A DNA stretch of 49,000 bases from Thraustochytrium aureum. Lineage: Eukaryota. Of this stretch, positions 10,456 to 22,412 are shown piece after piece. The notes below the pieces were generated by a model. That model had not been told where the DNA came from, did no database searches, and saw only the letters and a program-made list of their open reading frames with translations. Positions within the stretch are counted from its first letter, which is position 1; each line of letters begins with the position of its first letter. Position numbers and translations under genes: made by a program. The stretch covers positions 85,191 through 134,190 of the forward strand of contig BLSG01000421.1 of the NCBI GenBank assembly GCA_012862495.1, given 5' to 3'.

Positions 10456-11037
10456 NNNNNNNNNNNNNNNNNNNNNNNNNNNNNNNNNNNNNNNNNNNNN
10501 NNNNNNNNNNNNNNNNNNNNNNNNNNNNNNNNNNNNNNNNNNNNNNNNNNNNNNNNNNNNNNNNNNNNNNNNNNNNNNNNNNNNNNNNNNNNNNNNNNNN
10601 NNNNNNNNNNNNNNNNNNNNNNNNNNNNNNNNNNNNNNNNNNNNNNNNNNNNNNNNNNNNNNNNNNNNNNNNNNNNNNNNNNNNNNNNNNNNNNNNNNNN
10701 NNNNNNNNNNNNNNNNNNNNNNNNNNNNNNNNNNNNNNNNNNNNNNNNNNNNNNNNNNNNNNNNNNNNNNNNNNNNNNNNNNNNNNNNNNNNNNNNNNNN
10801 NNNNNNNNNNNNNNNNNNNNNNNNNNNNNNNNNNNNNNNNNNNNNNNNNNNNNNNNNNNNNNNNNNNNNNNNNNNNNNNNNNNNNNNNNNNNNNNNNNNN
10901 NNNNNNNNNNNNNNNNNNNNNNNNNNNNNNNNNNNNNNNNNNNNNNNNNNNNNNNNNNNNNNNNNNNNNNNNNNNNNNNNNNNNNNNNNNNNNNNNNNNN
11001 NNNNNNNNNNNNNNNNNNNNNNNNNNNNNNNNNNNNN

Positions 11038-11975
11038 CCGACCATCAGCACCGACATGCTGGACCGAGTGTACGAGCGGCGGCCGGCCTACAACAACGAC
11101 GAGCTCGTGGCAGGGAGCACGGCCACCAGCATGGCAAAGTACCTCTATTACCTCGCCTTTTGCGGCGCGTACAGCCTCGTCGGGCGGCTGCCAGTGGTCG
11201 TCATGACAAACTCGTCCTGGACTGCCGACCACATAGATAGGCTATGGCAGACGCGCTCCAGCGTCGTGTTCCCGCCCTGCGACACAGAGCAATTTGCCAG
11301 AGCCGCGAGCACCGAAAAGCACCGTGTGATCGTTTCCTTGGGCCAGTTCCGCCCCGAGAAGGACCACCGGTTGCAGATCCAGGCGCTCCAGGCGCTCGAC
11401 TCGAGCTCGCTGCGCAGAGACGGGCGGCAGACTGCGCAGACCCGGCCACGCCGCGCCTTGTGCTGTACGGGAGCTGCAGGGACGCCGAGGACCGCGAGCG
11501 GGTCGATGAGCTGGCCGACTACGCGCAACGCCTCGGCGTAGGCGACCTCGTCGACTTTGCTGTCAACGTTTCCTTCGGTGGGCTCAAAGACGCCATGGGC
11601 CACGCCCTTCTTGGCGTGCATACGATGTGGAACGAGCACTTTGGCATCGCGCCGGTCGAGATGATGGCCGCCGGCATCGTTCTTGTGGCACACAATTCGG
11701 GAGGGCCCAAGATGGACATTGTGCAACACGGGGTGACCGGCTTCCTGGCGACGTGCGCGCAAGAGTATGCTGAGGCATTCGCGCGCGTTCTCGCTTGGCA
11801 CGATTCAGGCGACGCCTCGGAGCTGGATGAAATGCGAAGCCGCGCGTCGGCCTCGGTTGAACGGTTTGCTCAGGACCATTTTGGGCAGCGGTTCTCGGCG
11901 GCTATGAGTGCATTGCTGGGCGAGCCGTCCCAGGCCCCGGTCGAGCCGGCCTCGAAGCCTGTACAGCGAGGATGA
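11038..11975 (+). CDS. ALG11: GDP-Man:Man3GlcNAc2-PP-Dol alpha-1,2-mannosyltransferase (partial; 5' end in gap; one frameshift at about 11400-11450)
   Basis: PTISTDML, NSSWT, VFPPCD, GQFRPEKDH, LVLYGSCR, HTMWNEHFGI and AHNSGGPKMDIV are diagnostic ALG11 motifs. Confidence 0.95.
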
Positions 11976-12233
11976 GGGCGCGCAAACGGCCGCCTGCTTC
12001 TGTGTCCATTGTTCGAGATGCTCGTGCTGCTCTGCGTGCGCAAGGGCCGCGTCTGTTTCAGTCGCTTCAAGGTGCTCACGTCGCAAGGTCGACTCTCTCG
12101 ACACGAATGCGCTCGCTTCTCTAGCTAGCACTAGACGTGCTCGAGAGAGCTAGCCGGCTTTGGGTCTGCCAGTGGCCAACACAAAGTGAAACTAGTTTTT
12201 CTTGCGCGGCTACCTGTGGACTCAGCGTTGACG

Positions 12234-13304
12234 CTAGAGGAGGCCCTCGAGCGGGTCGAAAAAGTTGCGCGCCGGCGGGCGCCTCCTCTCCATAAAGCCC
12301 TGCTCGAGCGCCTCCGCAAGCCGGAGCAGCTTGTGCTCCATCCAGTTGTCGCCAAGCAGGTGCATCCCCACAGGCAGGCCCGTGGCCGCTTCGTAGCCTA
12401 CCGGGACGCTCATTCCTGGCATGCCGAGAAGGTTGGCAAGGAAAATAAACTTCATCGTCTGGAACACGAGCGGCGTGTTGTTCTCGCCAAAGTGCCTCGC
12501 CGCCGCGGGGATCTTGGGGACCTTCACGCCCATCGACGGCGTCACAATGGCCGTGAGTCGCTGCTCCCTGAACAGGCGCTCGCGCACAAGCTGCACGCCC
12601 AGAGACCGGACGCGCTCACCCGCCAGCACTTCATTCGCCGTGAGCGCCTTGCCCAGCGCGATCGTGATGGCCGTGTTGGGCTCCAGCACGACCGAACCAT
12701 CGTGGAATTTCGCGTCCCACCACAGAGCGAACTCTGACATGATCTTGCTCGCGTGCGCAAGGCTCATCTCGCGCAGGTGCGGAATCGTCACGTTGACGAT
12801 CGTGGCCCCGCGCCCCTCGAGAAAGCGAACCGCCTCGAGGCAGCGCTGAACGATCTCGGCGTCTGCGTCCAGGAAGTGGTCCCAGAAAATCCCCAAGCGG
12901 ACGTCGCCGAGGTCTTGCGAGTCTAGCATCCCTGCCACGTGGGGCGGGGCGGGCCCCGGACGCCGCCGTCGTATAGCTTGCCGTAAAAGTGGGCGCGATC
13001 AACGGCTCCCATGACCAAGTGGCCGATCGCCGCGTCTCGCGCGCTCGCGGCGATCGGGCCTGCCTTGATAACCGTGGACGCGGACCCCTCGTACTCGAAC
13101 GGGACGCGGCCCATCGACGTCGCTAGCCCGAACGCGCCCGACATGCTCGACGGCAGCCGGATGGAGCCCCCACCGTCAAACCCCACGGCGAGCGGGATGA
13201 GCCCGCTCGCCACGGCCACGGCCGAGCCGCTCGAGCTTCCGCCGGGGTAGTACGCCGGGTCGTACGGGTTGAACGGACCGTCAAAGTGGGCGTTGTACCC
13301 GAGC
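12234..13304 (-). CDS. Amidase-signature enzyme, fatty acid amide hydrolase (plant FAAH-like); partial, with a frameshift at about 12941
   Basis: NPYDP...PGGSSSGSAVAVASG...GFDGGGSIRLPS is the amidase signature; C-terminal NLLGMPGMSVPVGY...GLPVGM...WMEHKLLRLA. Confidence 0.88.
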
Positions 13305-14303
13305 NNNNNNNNNNNNNNNNNNNNNNNNNNNNNNNNNNNNNNNNNNNNNNNNNNNNNNNNNNNNNNNNNNNNNNNNNNNNNNNNNNNNNNNNNNNNNNNN
13401 NNNNNNNNNNNNNNNNNNNNNNNNNNNNNNNNNNNNNNNNNNNNNNNNNNNNNNNNNNNNNNNNNNNNNNNNNNNNNNNNNNNNNNNNNNNNNNNNNNNN
13501 NNNNNNNNNNNNNNNNNNNNNNNNNNNNNNNNNNNNNNNNNNNNNNNNNNNNNNNNNNNNNNNNNNNNNNNNNNNNNNNNNNNNNNNNNNNNNNNNNNNN
13601 NNNNNNNNNNNNNNNNNNNNNNNNNNNNNNNNNNNNNNNNNNNNNNNNNNNNNNNNNNNNNNNNNNNNNNNNNNNNNNNNNNNNNNNNNNNNNNNNNNNN
13701 NNNNNNNNNNNNNNNNNNNNNNNNNNNNNNNNNNNNNNNNNNNNNNNNNNNNNNNNNNNNNNNNNNNNNNNNNNNNNNNNNNNNNNNNNNNNNNNNNNNN
13801 NNNNNNNNNNNNNNNNNNNNNNNNNNNNNNNNNNNNNNNNNNNNNNNNNNNNNNNNNNNNNNNNNNNNNNNNNNNNNNNNNNNNNNNGCCGCTAAACATC
13901 TGTTGCCGCCTCACCTTGCCTCAGCTTTCATAAATAGAGGGTCACGTTCCTCTATTATATGCGGTGTATTATATTTTGCATGGGGCAGGGTAATATAGAG
14001 GGCCATGCGCGCTGGTGCCAACAGGACGGGCAGACGAACGCGCGCACGTGCATGAGGAAGGAAGGAGGCCGCGCGGGAGCGGGAGGCAGACCCCGAACGG
14101 ACGAGCGAACGGACGGGCGGACGAGCGGACAGCTCAAGCGACGGAGGAAGGCAGCGCGCGGGGCAGGTCCGGCCAGGAGCGCGGGGCCGGCCGGCCAGGA
14201 ACGCTCGTGCAGAGCAGGTCCGCGCCGCACCGCCGGCAGGCAAACGACGCACCTTGCGCGCGGGCCTGACTGGGCAGCGGCGGCGGGCGCGCTGGGAGGC
14301 AGC

Positions 14304-17219
14304 ATGATGTGGGCGCTGCTGACGCCGGTGCAGAAGCTCGCCGCTCTGTGCGTTGCGATGGCGAGGGCGCAGGTGCGAAGCGCGCTGTGGCTGAGCGGGC
14401 TCCAGGCGAGCGACTTTGCGTTCCCAGAGCGGATGGTGGAGTGGAACCTGGCGGTGGACCTGGCAGCGAGAGCGGCGTCGTATGTGGCGCGGATGGTCAA
14501 GGTCATTTTCTACCCGCACCTGCTGTTCCGCAACGTGCTGTTCGCGATTTTGTTTCAGGGCGTGTACGAGGGAGGCGGCCTCGCCTGGCGCAACATGCGC
14601 GAGCGCCTCTCGCAGCTCACCGCAACTGGGCGCAAGCGCGCCGCACTGCGCGAAGCCATGGAGTCAGCCGAGAGCTACCTGGACTTTCGCACCGCCGAGA
14701 AGTCGTTCCAGGCTGAGCTCGGCTCCGCCAAGGTCGCACTCAACGTAGAAGAGCGAGCCATCTGCGACCAGCTAGACAGGCGATTCAAGCGCTATCGCAA
14801 CTTTATCCGCAATAACGACGCGCGCCGACTGCAGTTCGAGTTGCGCAGCGACCTCATACGCAAGCACTTTGGCCACGAACAAACGCACCCCTGCGTGAGG
14901 GCCTCCATCCAGCGCTACGTCGGCATTGTATGCTGCGCGTTCGGGCTGCTAGCGTCGGGGTCGGTGCCGACGCCACTCCGCGACCTCGTGTTTGAGGACA
15001 CCGAGGAAGAGACGCACGACGTCGCCGAGTCGCTTGACAAGTTTGACCACGGCCAGGCCTCGATGCGGCACTCTCCGAGCCTCGTCGAGATGCCCGACCT
15101 CGGGTCAGGCGACGAGGCGGATGAAGACGAGACGGGCGACGACGCGGAGTACAACGGGGATGGCTTCCAACCCGGCCCCGAGCAAAGCGGCCGCGGCCTT
15201 CGCTCCAGCAGCAATGGGTCGTTCTCTAGCCGGATGCCGCACCTGGGCTCCACTCCAGAGGAAAAGCTTCAGCTGGCTCGGTCGCGGCTTGACTTTTTTG
15301 CCGAGACTCGCCACTCGTTCGGGCGCTCCGCGTTGCTGCTGTCTGGCGGGGCGCGAATGGGCCTGTACCACGTCGGGGTCGTCAAGACGCTGATGGACCA
15401 CAACTTGCTGCCGCGCGTGATATCGGGCAGCTCGGCAGGCTCCATCATTGCGGCGGTCCTGGGGTGCAGAACCGACGAGGAGATTCGCGAGCAGCTCTTC
15501 GACCCGGCCAACATGAACCTGCGCTTCTTCGGGCGGTCCGACTCGATCGACTCTGGGCTGCAGTCCCTCTTGAAAGGCGAGGCCCTCCCCGACTACGTCA
15601 AGGAATCCTTGATGGCCGCCTTCACAGGAGAGGAGGGCGAGAAGGGCGGGAACAAGCTCTTCGGCACCATGCTCATGCTCCTGCCGCCACCCTTCCCCTC
15701 TTACATCATGCTCCTCAAAAAGCTCTTGCCGCGCTGGTACGAGAGCAAGGTGCTGCTCGATATCAACGTGCTCAAGACGGCGATCCGGAACGTGGTCGGC
15801 GACATGACCTTCCAGGAGGCCTTCGACAGGACGGGCCGCATCATCAACATCACCGCCACGCCGCATGGCGGCGATCGCGACGTGCCCAACCTGATGAACT
15901 ACCTCTCGGCCCCGTATGTAACCCGTGTGGAGTGCCGCCTGCGCCTCGTGCTGCATCCCAGGCGTCTTTGCGCCCGTCACGCTGATGGCCAAGACCATCG
16001 ACGGCACGCTCGAGCCGTACAACCCGGCCGGCCTGCGCTGGATCGACGGCTCGCTCGAGTCGGACCTCCCCATGCAGCGCTTGGGCGAGCTTTTCAACAT
16101 CAACCACTTTATCGTGAGCCAGGTCAACCCGCACGCGCAGATCCTGGCGCCGCACGATCACACGGAGCTTGAGAATATGCCTTACTGGGACCGGAAGTTT
16201 CTCGGCGCGCTAGGCCGCGCTGTGCGCTTTTGCCGGGACCAAGGCCGCAGCTACCTCAAGCACGTCTCCGCGTTCGGCCTCAAGTCGACGCTGCTCAGCC
16301 CGCTCGGCGTGGGCCTCGTGCCAGTCCTGACGCAAAAGTACGGCGGCGATATCACGCTCTACCCCAAGATGACTGCTGCGGACCTCAGCAAGCTTTTGCA
16401 AAACCCGACGGACGAGGAATACCTGCAATGCATCCTCGGAGGCGAGCGCATGACCTGGCCAAAGCTGCAATCCATCAGGCGTCGATGCATGGTAGAGTTT
16501 ATGCTCGACGACTGCGTGCATGCAATGCAGGCGCAGATCACCTCGCTCGAGCGCCAGAGGCGCGGCCCGCGGCTTGGCGGCGCCTTTCCGCGGTCTACGC
16601 ACCTTTCGCCGCCGCTGCAGCAGTTCCACAAGCAGCCGGGCATGAGCCGCGTGTCCTCATACACGGTCTTCGGGGGCGGTAGCGGCCAGGCAGGGATGCC
16701 AGGGGGTCCTTGAATAGCGCTTCTATCCAGAACGACATGGAGGACCTCAAGGCGCGAGGCCACAGGCCAAGCCCGCTTGGCCTCCAGCCGCGGGCGTTCC
16801 CTCCGCTCGCCTCCCAGCAGCTGCACCAGGGTCCGCACGGCTCGCCTCAGTCCACTTCGGACGGCTCGGTGGACCTGGACGTCTCCGAGTCGCCGCTCCA
16901 CCCCAAGTTCAAGCGCGCGCTGCCGACGCATGGCGCCTTGGGGCGCGAGTCTGCTGGCCGTGCGAGCCGCTCGGACACCGAGGAGATGCTTACGTCCAAG
17001 CTCATGGGCCGGATCCAGTCGGTCCAAGCGCTTTCCTCGCTCGCCGACCTCCCGGACTCGGCAAATGGCCACGCCGCACACCAGGCTGGCGGCTTTGAGC
17101 CCCCGTTCCCAGACTATGAACTCGAGGAGGAGGACGGCGAGGCGGAGGACTCTGATGCAGGCAGCCGCTCGCATGGCCGGCGAAGCGGTACTAGCTCGCC
17201 CCGCGCGGGCGCCAGGTAG
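14304..17219 (+). CDS. Patatin-domain triacylglycerol lipase (TGL3/4/5, SDP1-like); frameshifts at about 15921 and 16702
   Basis: RHSFGRSALLLSGGARMGLYHVGVV, ISGSSAG (GxSxG), TFQEAFDRTGRIINIT, NYLSAPYVT(V)WSAACAS, WIDGSLESDLP and FNINHFIVSQVNPH. Confidence 0.92.
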
Positions 17220-17229
17220 CCAGGTGTCG

Positions 17230-17247
17230 CTCTCTAGAGCTAGAGAG
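17230..17247. promoter_or_regulatory. CTCTCTAG-AG-CTAGAGAG inverted repeat (CTAGAGCTAG copy 3)
   Basis: Perfect 8-bp arms with a 2-nt spacer, starting 11 bp after the stop at 17219. Confidence 0.5.
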
Positions 17248-17263
17248 GGGCCGGGCCCGCTGT

Positions 17264-17325
17264 TGAAAGCAAAAGAGTTTATTTGGTCTGCACGTGAAAG
17301 CAAAAGAGTTTATTTGGTCTGCACG
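17264..17325. repeat. 31-bp perfect tandem duplication in the 3' flank
   Basis: tgaaagcaaaagagtttatttggtctgcacg occurs twice. Confidence 0.9.
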
Positions 17326-17984
17326 GTGCGCTGCGCGAGCGGGCCAGCCGTCCCGGCTCGTCGGCTCAAACGCCAGCCCACCAGAGTCTCCGTCTCCCCG
17401 CGCCCGCCCAACCAGCTACCGAGATGAATACCCCTCATTTCAAACGCGCGTGTTGGCAAAACGTCCGCAACCTCCGACCGCCCGCTCGGCCTCGCCGCGG
17501 CGCGCTGCCCGGCTGCGGTTGCGCCCCGCCCGCGCAAGGCCGCACATCGACGAGCTCGTACTCGCAACACGTCGACTTGCACAGATGGCAACGGTCCCAA
17601 CGGATCCCTGGACGCTCACAGACACGAAACGCGGCGTCCAGTGCGCGAGCACGCGGGCGCTCGGGGCGGGGCGAGCTCTTCTTCCCGCGGATTGCTGCGC
17701 GCGTCGCGTATCGCGCTGCACTGCGCGCGTCTCTCGCGCGTCTCTCTGTTTCGGCCCCTGCCGCGGCCTCGGCCGTTGGCTGCGGCGCGCGAGGATCCAT
17801 CGCGAGAGCAGGATGCGCCAAGGACCCGCCAAGCGCCCCGCTTCCGGCGTGCGGCGCGCTCGGGAGAGGCCAGGGTCGGCAAGGCCAGTCAGACGAGGCA
17901 GGCCGGTGTCGGCACCGCACGTGAGGGAAGATGGGATAGTGGGGCAGGACGCGGCGGAAGGCAAGTCGACGCAGCCGTGGTGGA

Positions 17985-20900
17985 ATGTTAGGGCCAAGGA
18001 TGCCACAGGGCTCGGGGCCCGGACGGGAAAAGGCGGCGCAGCACTCGATCAAGGTTGTCATTCGCGAGNNNNNNNNNNNNNNNNNNNNNNNNNNNNNNNN
18101 NNNNNNNNNNNNNNNNNNNNNNNNNNNNNNNNNNNNNNNNNNNNNNNNNNNNNNNNNNNNNNNNNNNNNNNNNNNNNNNNNNNNNNNNNNNNNNNNNNNN
18201 NNNNNNNNNNNNNNNNNNNNNNNNNNNNNNNNNGTCATTCGCGAGCTGCAAAGCCCAACGTCAGCAGCAAGCCCCGATTGCAGGGAGCCGGCCACGAGCC
18301 TCTTGGCGCCGCCCATCGCAACCGACGCGCGAAGCGACGCTCCGTCTGCGCAAGTCGCCAAGCAACTGGCTGCCCACCAAGCGGACGAGGAGGTTCCACC
18401 AACGAACCTCGCAGGGGATTTGCAGCGCCCCACGCCGAGGAGGGATCCTCAGCTGGCGCCGCACCGCTTGGCTTTGGTCAGGGCAGAGTGCGGCGCCAGA
18501 GTGGAGTTCGTCCGACAAGCCAGCAGCGGACTCTCCGACCTGGCTTCAGCGAGGCAGCGCCCAAGCACTGCGCGACGCGCAGAGCAGCGCGATGGCGCGC
18601 AGAGCGCTCGCGACGCACCTACATCGCTTGAGCGGTTCCAGACCTACTCAGAGGAGGAGCGCGCGCCGATTGTTGAGCGATTTGGGACTGGCCGCAAGCA
18701 GTATCGAACCCCAGCCGGACAGCAGAGCAAACCCCCGAGCAACCAGGAACCCGAGTGCGATGGGCTCGACTACGAGCACGTTCTGGAAGCAGGGGAGCGG
18801 CGCGCAACGCGCGCCCTTTCGCAGTCGTGCTCGCCACGCCGGCCAGCAAGCGCGGCAGAGGCGAGGTCACGCAAGGCCAACGAGCACAGGCACAAGTTGG
18901 TCTTGCAGGCAGCCGCACTCGCCTACAAGCACCAGATCGCGCACCCGCAAGCCGGCGAGCAAAAGCTCGGCTATCAGCTTAAGGCCGAGCGGCGCGCCGC
19001 GCTCGACGCGGAGCATTCTGCGAAAGGGCGCACCAAAACGCTGATGCGCGTCCTTGGCGAACGAGACGAGCGCAGCGAGGACTCTGCGGCTGTGAACTCG
19101 CTAGCGTTTGGGTGGGACGCCGGGACGCCGAGTCGGCCCGGGATCGGCCTGGGAAGCAAAACCGTCTGGGACGGCGTCGCGAACCACATGAGTCTCTCTG
19201 GCTTGCTGAGTGCGACGGGCGGGCGGCCCTGCGCCTTGCCCAACCAGGCTTCAGCAAAGGCGGCGTTCCAGCTTTTGGAGGACGCAAGCGAGGCTACGCC
19301 GGACGAGCTCTTGCGAAGCTCACTGCGCGCCGCTCATCGCGTTTTGCACTCTGCGGTGTACAGCTCGTGCGACGACGTGACTCTGCACGACTCAAACAGC
19401 GCGGAGGCCGTCCTCGACCCTGCGCGGTCCAGCCAACGCACGTTTTGGGAGGACAAGCAGCACCTCGAGGAGCAGAAACGCGCATTAGAGGCCCGCGTAG
19501 ACTCCCTCGAGCGCGAGCTCGCAGCAGAACGGGCGCAGCGTTGCGCATCCATCGTGCCGGCGGCCGACGAGCGGCCAAGCGACGCGGTCGAGGAGGCGTT
19601 CGCGGCGCTTGCCAAAGCATCACGCGAAACCGGGTTCGAGTCGGTCACAGGGCTCGTGGTTGAGATGATCTCGCGCCAGCTCGTGCCGATTGACGCGGAC
19701 GTGTGGGTTGGCATGTTTCACACTCTGCGCGCAGGCGAGCGCGACGCAGCAGACCGGCCACGCACGAGCGAGGCGCTCAGGTGTCTCCTCGCGTCGAGTG
19801 TGGCAACCGACGAGCGGGACGCGGAGCTCGCGCTCGCCGCTTTGTTTGAGCGCGATGATATTGTGCAGGCTGCTCGATGGCTGATGGAGACCCACCCCTT
19901 GCACGAAACGACGCTGCTTCTCACGTCGCGCACGATGGGGCAGCAGGTTGCATTTTGGGAGGTTCACTGGCGATCCTTGTTCGATGTGATGTGGACTTCT
20001 GCCGACCTAGTCAGCAAGCTGGTCGCGAATCGGCAGGACCTGATGGGCAGGCTACTGCTGAGGTACTCGGCCTGGCTGGGCTTCGGAGCCAGCGCTCGGC
20101 GGCTCTCGCCCGAGCACCTTGGCGCGCTCGAGACGCTGCTGGACCAAGTGGTGGAGCGGCACGTCCCTTTCCTCGAGGGGGCCTTGGTCAAGAACCGCCA
20201 AGTGCTCCGCGACGTGCTTGAGTCGGAGAGATACGGCCAAGACCTCATCGCCTCGCTGGCAGAAACGAGCCCGATCACAGTTGGGAGCATGCTGGACCAG
20301 AGCAAGCCGATCCTGGCCAAGCTACTGCGCAAGCGCGCCGCGTTGCTGAGTTCGCTTGTCTGTGAAACCCCCGCTCTGCTGTCGGCGCTGGCGCATGCAA
20401 ATATTCAAGGCTTTGCGCTGGCGCTCGCAGAGGACAAAAGCGTTCTTGTCGCGGCCTGCACGCGGGTTCCGCAGCTCGTCGACCACCTGGTTGGCAGCAG
20501 CCCCAGCACCGTGGCTGCGTCGGTATCAGACAGCGCGAACGCCATCGCGGCTGTCCTGGAGCGTGCCATGGACGACACCTTGGAGAACGAGGTGCTTGCA
20601 GTGCACCAGGGGCTCTTGCTGAAGAATGACGGCCGTCTCGCGAGGCTCGGGCTGGTCAACACGGCGACCTACAGGAGCCGCTGCGCCACATCGCAGGTGC
20701 AGACCGACCCGATCCAGAGCACGGGCCACGGAGAGATCGTGGCTCGTCCGCTCCTTGATATCGTCGGCAAACGGCGGCTCGCCAAGGTCGCCTCGGCAGC
20801 CTGGACCACGGAGACCATGCACGAGACAATCGCCCTCATCTACGCCGCCAAAGTCCAGGCGGATGTGATTGACGACCGAGCGGGGCATCCTCGCGAGCCT

Positions 20901-22412
20901 TTCCCAGAGGTCGTGCACGACTACTTCGTCGAGCAGATGCCTGATGTGGCCACGGCCAAGAAGGCCTTGGCGCCTTGTGTGCGGTGCGAGCGANNNNNNN
21001 NNNNNNNNNNNNNNNNNNNNNNNNNNNNNNNNNNNNNNNNNNNNNNNNNNNNNNNNNNNNNNNNNNNNNNNNNNNNNNNNNNNNNNNNNNNNNNNNNNNN
21101 NNNNNNNNNNNNNNNNNNNNNNNNNNNNNNNNNNNNNNNNNNNNNNNNNNNNNNNNNNNNNNNNNNNNNNNNNNNNNNNNNNNNNNNNNNNNNNNNNNNN
21201 NNNNNNNNNNNNNNNNNNNNNNNNNNNNNNNNNNNNNNNNNNNNNNNNNNNNNNNNNNNNNNNNNNNNNNNNNNNNNNNNNNNNNNNNNNNNNNNNNNNN
21301 TGCGCGCTCGTCCCGCCGAGAGCGTTGCGGAGTGCTTGAGCGAAGAGGGGGGCGAAACGGTCGTGCCCCTCAAGCACGCTGTTGAGCACGTATCGACGAT
21401 TGCAACCATGTACTGGTACGATGAGTGGTCGCGGCGGCAAGTCCTCGACCGCGTTCGCGCCTTGGAGACCTTTGAGGTACTCGAGGACTGCTTTCAAGGC
21501 GACTTTGAGGAGCGCAAGGTCTGGGCCAAGGTCGACCCGGTGGAACTTGGTCTGGCAGAGGACACTGACTTTTTGCCTGCGGGCGAGGGCGGGGTCGACC
21601 GCGAGAACGGGCAGTCGGCAGTGCACGGCGACGATTCGGACGATTTTGGGCCATTCACGAGGTCGCCAGAGTCAAGCCCGCGCAGCCGCAAGCGAAGCGG
21701 GTCGGCGTCTTCTTCGACGAAAGGGCAAAGCCAAGGCCAGGCCAAGACCGAGGGCGGCGCCGGCGCGGCGGCAGCGTCTGTTGTCGGCGCGGGGCGGCCA
21801 ACGGGGCGCAAAGGCCAGACGCAGTTTCGGCAGGTTGTGAAAACCCGCTTGCTCAAGAAGGATCGCCTTGCAAACGAGATTGTGTCCCTCTTGGGTCAAA
21901 AAAAGGCGCAGGACCGCACGAATCGGGCGCGCTCCTCGGCGATGGCGGCCGCATCGCTGCTCGGTGCGTCGCGCCGTCGGACTTCGCAAAGGCGACCCGA
22001 GTCAAGTGCACCGTGCCTCGTTCTGCAGCATGTTCTGGATGTCGTGATGGAGGAGTGGCTCTTGTTTGAGGAGACAGAGGTTGACACGCTCACCGAGTTG
22101 TTTGTGCAGGGCGACTCGGATGGGAACGGAATCCTGGACTTTGGCGAATTCAAGACGATGGTGACAATCGTTGATCCCCACTGCGATGTTCGCACGGTGC
22201 ACCGCATGTTCAAGATGACAGGTGAGGAGACGGAGGACGGCGAACATGTGATCAGCCCGAGTGAGTTTGTTCAGGTGATGCGCGCGCATCGGTACACTGG
22301 GCCTGCGCTTGCGCACCTCATCCAGGGCAAGCATCGCGGACCAGGAGAAAGCGGATCGCACGAGGACCAGGTGGGGCAAGCCGAGCCGCCAGAGGAAGAA
22401 GCAAATAAATAG
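17985..22412 (+). CDS. Large coiled-coil / helical-repeat / EF-hand protein (TSNAXIP1-like, probably ciliary); start uncertain, two internal gaps
   Basis: Long open frame; coiled coil (KQHLEEQKRALEARVDSLERELAAE); IALIYAAKVQADVIDDRAGHPREPFPEVVHDYF block as in TSNAXIP1-like proteins; canonical EF-hand DSDGNGILDFGE near 22113-22148. Confidence 0.65.
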   Translation: MLGPRMPQGSGPGREKAAQHSIKVVIREXXXXXXXXXXXXXXXXXXXXXXXXXXXXXXXXXXXXXXXXXXXXXXXXXXXXXXXVIRELQSPTSAASPDCREPATSLLAPPIATDARSDAPSAQVAKQLAAHQADEEVPPTNLAGDLQRPTPRRDPQLAPHRLALVRAECGARVEFVRQASSGLSDLASARQRPSTARRAEQRDGAQSARDAPTSLERFQTYSEEERAPIVERFGTGRKQYRTPAGQQSKPPSNQEPECDGLDYEHVLEAGERRATRALSQSCSPRRPASAAEARSRKANEHRHKLVLQAAALAYKHQIAHPQAGEQKLGYQLKAERRAALDAEHSAKGRTKTLMRVLGERDERSEDSAAVNSLAFGWDAGTPSRPGIGLGSKTVWDGVANHMSLSGLLSATGGRPCALPNQASAKAAFQLLEDASEATPDELLRSSLRAAHRVLHSAVYSSCDDVTLHDSNSAEAVLDPARSSQRTFWEDKQHLEEQKRALEARVDSLERELAAERAQRCASIVPAADERPSDAVEEAFAALAKASRETGFESVTGLVVEMISRQLVPIDADVWVGMFHTLRAGERDAADRPRTSEALRCLLASSVATDERDAELALAALFERDDIVQAARWLMETHPLHETTLLLTSRTMGQQVAFWEVHWRSLFDVMWTSADLVSKLVANRQDLMGRLLLRYSAWLGFGASARRLSPEHLGALETLLDQVVERHVPFLEGALVKNRQVLRDVLESERYGQDLIASLAETSPITVGSMLDQSKPILAKLLRKRAALLSSLVCETPALLSALAHANIQGFALALAEDKSVLVAACTRVPQLVDHLVGSSPSTVAASVSDSANAIAAVLERAMDDTLENEVLAVHQGLLLKNDGRLARLGLVNTATYRSRCATSQVQTDPIQSTGHGEIVARPLLDIVGKRRLAKVASAAWTTETMHETIALIYAAKVQADVIDDRAGHPREPFPEVVHDYFVEQMPDVATAKKALAPCVRCERXXXXXXXXXXXXXXXXXXXXXXXXXXXXXXXXXXXXXXXXXXXXXXXXXXXXXXXXXXXXXXXXXXXXXXXXXXXXXXXXXXXXXXXXXXXXXXXXXXXXXXXRARPAESVAECLSEEGGETVVPLKHAVEHVSTIATMYWYDEWSRRQVLDRVRALETFEVLEDCFQGDFEERKVWAKVDPVELGLAEDTDFLPAGEGGVDRENGQSAVHGDDSDDFGPFTRSPESSPRSRKRSGSASSSTKGQSQGQAKTEGGAGAAAASVVGAGRPTGRKGQTQFRQVVKTRLLKKDRLANEIVSLLGQKKAQDRTNRARSSAMAAASLLGASRRRTSQRRPESSAPCLVLQHVLDVVMEEWLLFEETEVDTLTELFVQGDSDGNGILDFGEFKTMVTIVDPHCDVRTVHRMFKMTGEETEDGEHVISPSEFVQVMRAHRYTGPALAHLIQGKHRGPGESGSHEDQVGQAEPPEEEANK

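Noticed and set aside
13959..14303. N-terminal extension of the TAG lipase from the ATG at 13959
   Set aside because: The translation is low-complexity Arg/Gly over GACG/GCAG-rich UTR-like sequence; the ATG at 14304 precedes the first protein-like hydrophobic segment.
18057..18245. Direct repeat gtcattcgcgag on both sides of a gap, as a target-site duplication
   Set aside because: It is more simply an unmerged contig overlap; collapsing it keeps the reading frame (KVVIRELQ).
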